Shown here: piece after piece, positions 62,042-64,000 of the stretch
How positions within the stretch are numbered: the stretch's first letter is position 1
Layout: each line of letters begins with the position of its first letter
Assembly: GCA_965644295.1 (NCBI GenBank)
Contig: CBFFRP010000425.1
Span: 111,187 to 175,186, forward strand
DNA length: 64,000 nucleotides
Source of the DNA: Paraphysomonas bandaiensis
Lineage: Eukaryota; Protista; Chrysophyceae
Direction: 5' to 3'
Notes under the pieces: generated by a model
The model's database searches: none
What the model saw: the letters and a program-made list of their open reading frames with translations, nothing else
What the model was told of the DNA's origin: nothing
Position numbers and translations under genes: made by a program

Positions 62042-62520
62042 AGAACATCTGATTATTACATGAGAACGGTTGTGTCTAGTATTCGTAAGTAGTGTAGCTA
62101 TGGGTTTAATTAACTATGAAATTCGCTATTTACTAAAGAATTCAACCGTCTCGGGACTGCTTGTGTGCATTGCTGCAAGCACCTTGGTGCAACCGTCCCT
62201 TGTAGTGGTGTTTTTCTGGGGGTCTACCTTTGGGCAGTGTTTCTGTGCCGCACGTTACTTGGGGAGTGGAGTGAGTGGCGTGTAAGTGAGAGTTGAGGTC
62301 AGTTACGGAAAGTCGGCTAGTTCCTGTGCTAGGGGTGCTGTCTATGGCAAGTAGCAGTTGTTTCCGGAGTGGATGTGCAGGCCTGGACCGCGGGCGGGTT
62401 CGAGTGGGGTGTTTGGTTCTGGGAGTGGATGTTGCTCGGAGTAGCCGGAGTAGTGTCGGCTTAGAGTCAGTTCTCTGAGTGCGGTGTATCGGGGAGGAAT
62501 GTAAGTGCAGAGCGACCTGA
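62042..62520 (-). mobile_element. Structured repeat copy 4 (subfamily B) with an upstream T/P/R-rich open frame containing GRPPE
   Basis: Core at 62153-62199; stem arms at 62062-62072 and 62143-62152; aagg.agacccccaga.aacac is shared with copy 1. Confidence 0.65.
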
Positions 62521-62915
62521 GGGATGGATATGGAAGTATCAAATAGATGTCGTACTCATGAAATGGCAGCAATTACTTATACATATTGATGATGAAAATA
62601 GAGGAATGTGGGAAACCTGTAGTATACTTACATTTTTAAGAAATCATAGTTGATAATTTGAATTACGATTATGTTTTGGTAATTATAGCTGCTAAATGTT
62701 ATAAATAAGAGAGCATTGTTTTAATTAACTATTTTTCTGAAACTCACAAATATTTGAAGAGAATTACAATTGCACAAAAAGCAATCGTAATATGGATATG
62801 GATTAGCGAGACAGTGTACGTACATTCTTTACAGTTACGACGATACCAGACGTCTCAGAACAAAAGAGTTTAACGAAATATACCACGACAGAATAAAGCC
62901 CACATGGCGCCTATC

Positions 62916-64000
62916 TCATTTTTTGGACTTACGAACACTACTTTTCCCTTTACTCTTTCCGTCTTTAGTTTTGGTCTTTTGCTTACTCCTCTTCCTAGTA
63001 CTCTTTTTCCTAGTAGACAAAGGCGCTGTCATCCTAGGAGGGAGAATATTCTTGGTTTTCGACTTTTCTACGTTACGTTTACTAGTCTTTTTCTCCTTAG
63101 ATTTCATTGGATTCTTCTTCTTCCTAGTCGCTTTGGTCTTCTTAGATTTTGACATATCCGATTTGTCAATTGCTAGAGTAGGATCCGATGTTGGCGCTTC
63201 AAGTACACCCTGTGATGGAGACGGCGTAGGGTACTTCTTCTTCCTAGTCGCTTTGGTCTTCTTAGATTTTGACATATCCGATTTGTCAATTGCTAGAGTA
63301 GGATCCGATGTTGGCGCTTCAAGTACACCCTGTGATGGAGACGGCGTAGGGTACTTCTTCTTCCTAGTCGCTTTGGTCTTCTTAGATTTTGACATATCCG
63401 ATTTGTCAATTGCTAGAGTAGGATCCGATGTTGGCGCTTCAAGTACACCCTGTGATGGTGACAGCGTAGGGTACTTCTTCTTCCTAGTCGCTTTGGTCTT
63501 CTTAGATTTTGACATATCTGATTTGTCAATTGCTAGAGTAGGATCCGATGTTGGCGCTTCAAGTACACCCTGTGATGGTGACAGCGTAGGGTACTTCTTC
63601 TTCCTAGTCGCTTTTGTCTTCTTAGATTTTGACATATCCGATTTGTCAATTGCTAGAGTAGGATCCGATGTTGGCGCTTCAAGTACACCCTGTGATGGAG
63701 ACGGTGTAGGGTACTTCTTCTTCCTAGTCGACAGTGAAGTTGGATTTGAGGTAACTATTTCTATTTCTCTTGTAGGAAAATCAGATTCAATTACACTAGG
63801 AAAAGAAGATTCCATTAGAGAAGGAAACGAGGACAACGAAGGAAAATCCAGAAAGGGTACAACAGATCGAGTGGCACTTGGGACTAAAGTAACGACGAGA
63901 GTAGGCAATGATGTAGGAATAGACGTCGGTACACTACTTGGCACAGCTGAGGGTATTGCTGATGGCAATAAGGTAAGCAGTGATGTCGGAGCACTAGTCC
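62916..64000 (-). CDS. Mucin-like PT/PS-repeat protein with 40-aa repeats and a Lys-rich C-terminus (5' end lies outside the window)
   Basis: Open frame running to the window edge; PSxxPS/PTxxPT motifs and TRKKK repeats. Confidence 0.75.
   Translation of the reverse strand, partial: TSAPTSLLTLLPSAIPSAVPSSVPTSIPTSLPTLVVTLVPSATRSVVPFLDFPSLSSFPSLMESSFPSVIESDFPTREIEIVTSNPTSLSTRKKKYPTPSPSQGVLEAPTSDPTLAIDKSDMSKSKKTKATRKKKYPTLSPSQGVLEAPTSDPTLAIDKSDMSKSKKTKATRKKKYPTLSPSQGVLEAPTSDPTLAIDKSDMSKSKKTKATRKKKYPTPSPSQGVLEAPTSDPTLAIDKSDMSKSKKTKATRKKKYPTPSPSQGVLEAPTSDPTLAIDKSDMSKSKKTKATRKKKNPMKSKEKKTSKRNVEKSKTKNILPPRMTAPLSTRKKSTRKRSKQKTKTKDGKSKGKSSVRKSKK
63115..63730 (-). repeat. Five nearly identical 120-bp coding tandem repeats
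   Basis: Period 120 (ttcctagtcg at 63121, 63241, 63361, 63481, 63601 and 63721). Confidence 0.97.

Noticed and set aside
62042-62205. Structured repeat as a Fanzor/TnpB omega-RNA or a Helitron/Helentron end
   Set aside because: No RuvC/zinc-finger or Rep-helicase remnant is adjacent. Homology runs past the A|TC and GTAG points, and variable 5' truncation fits a LINE better. Not fully excluded.
63115-63730. CRISPR-like array
   Set aside because: Contiguous in-frame units with no unique spacers, no cas genes, and a eukaryotic context.

Overview
Gene-dense eukaryotic DNA, most likely from a flagellated stramenopile (chrysophyte-like; inferred from short ~45-65 nt GT-AG introns, axonemal genes, an Lsi2-like transporter, a REJ-type fragment and oomycete/ochrophyte-type hAT remnants). 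About 19 protein genes are present. Recognisable ones: ODF3/SHIPPO-repeat protein, Lsi2-like transporter, SPAG16/PF20, DENND10/FAM45, DENR, CFAP45, LRRC6/DNAAF11, P5CS, AP-2 alpha-adaptin, OHCU decarboxylase and an SLC14 urea transporter with an unknown N-terminal domain. Several others are multidomain orphans. Sixteen genes form eight head-to-head pairs, mostly with TATG/CATA-rich spacers; two spacers hold huge (CATA)n arrays. Transposon debris sits in the tail-to-tail and tandem gaps. The most striking unexplained signal is a dispersed structured-RNA-like motif (four copies plus one partial). It shows compensatory base changes and sits at what appear to be the 3' ends of truncated non-LTR retrotransposons. 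All calls are by eye; no searches were run.
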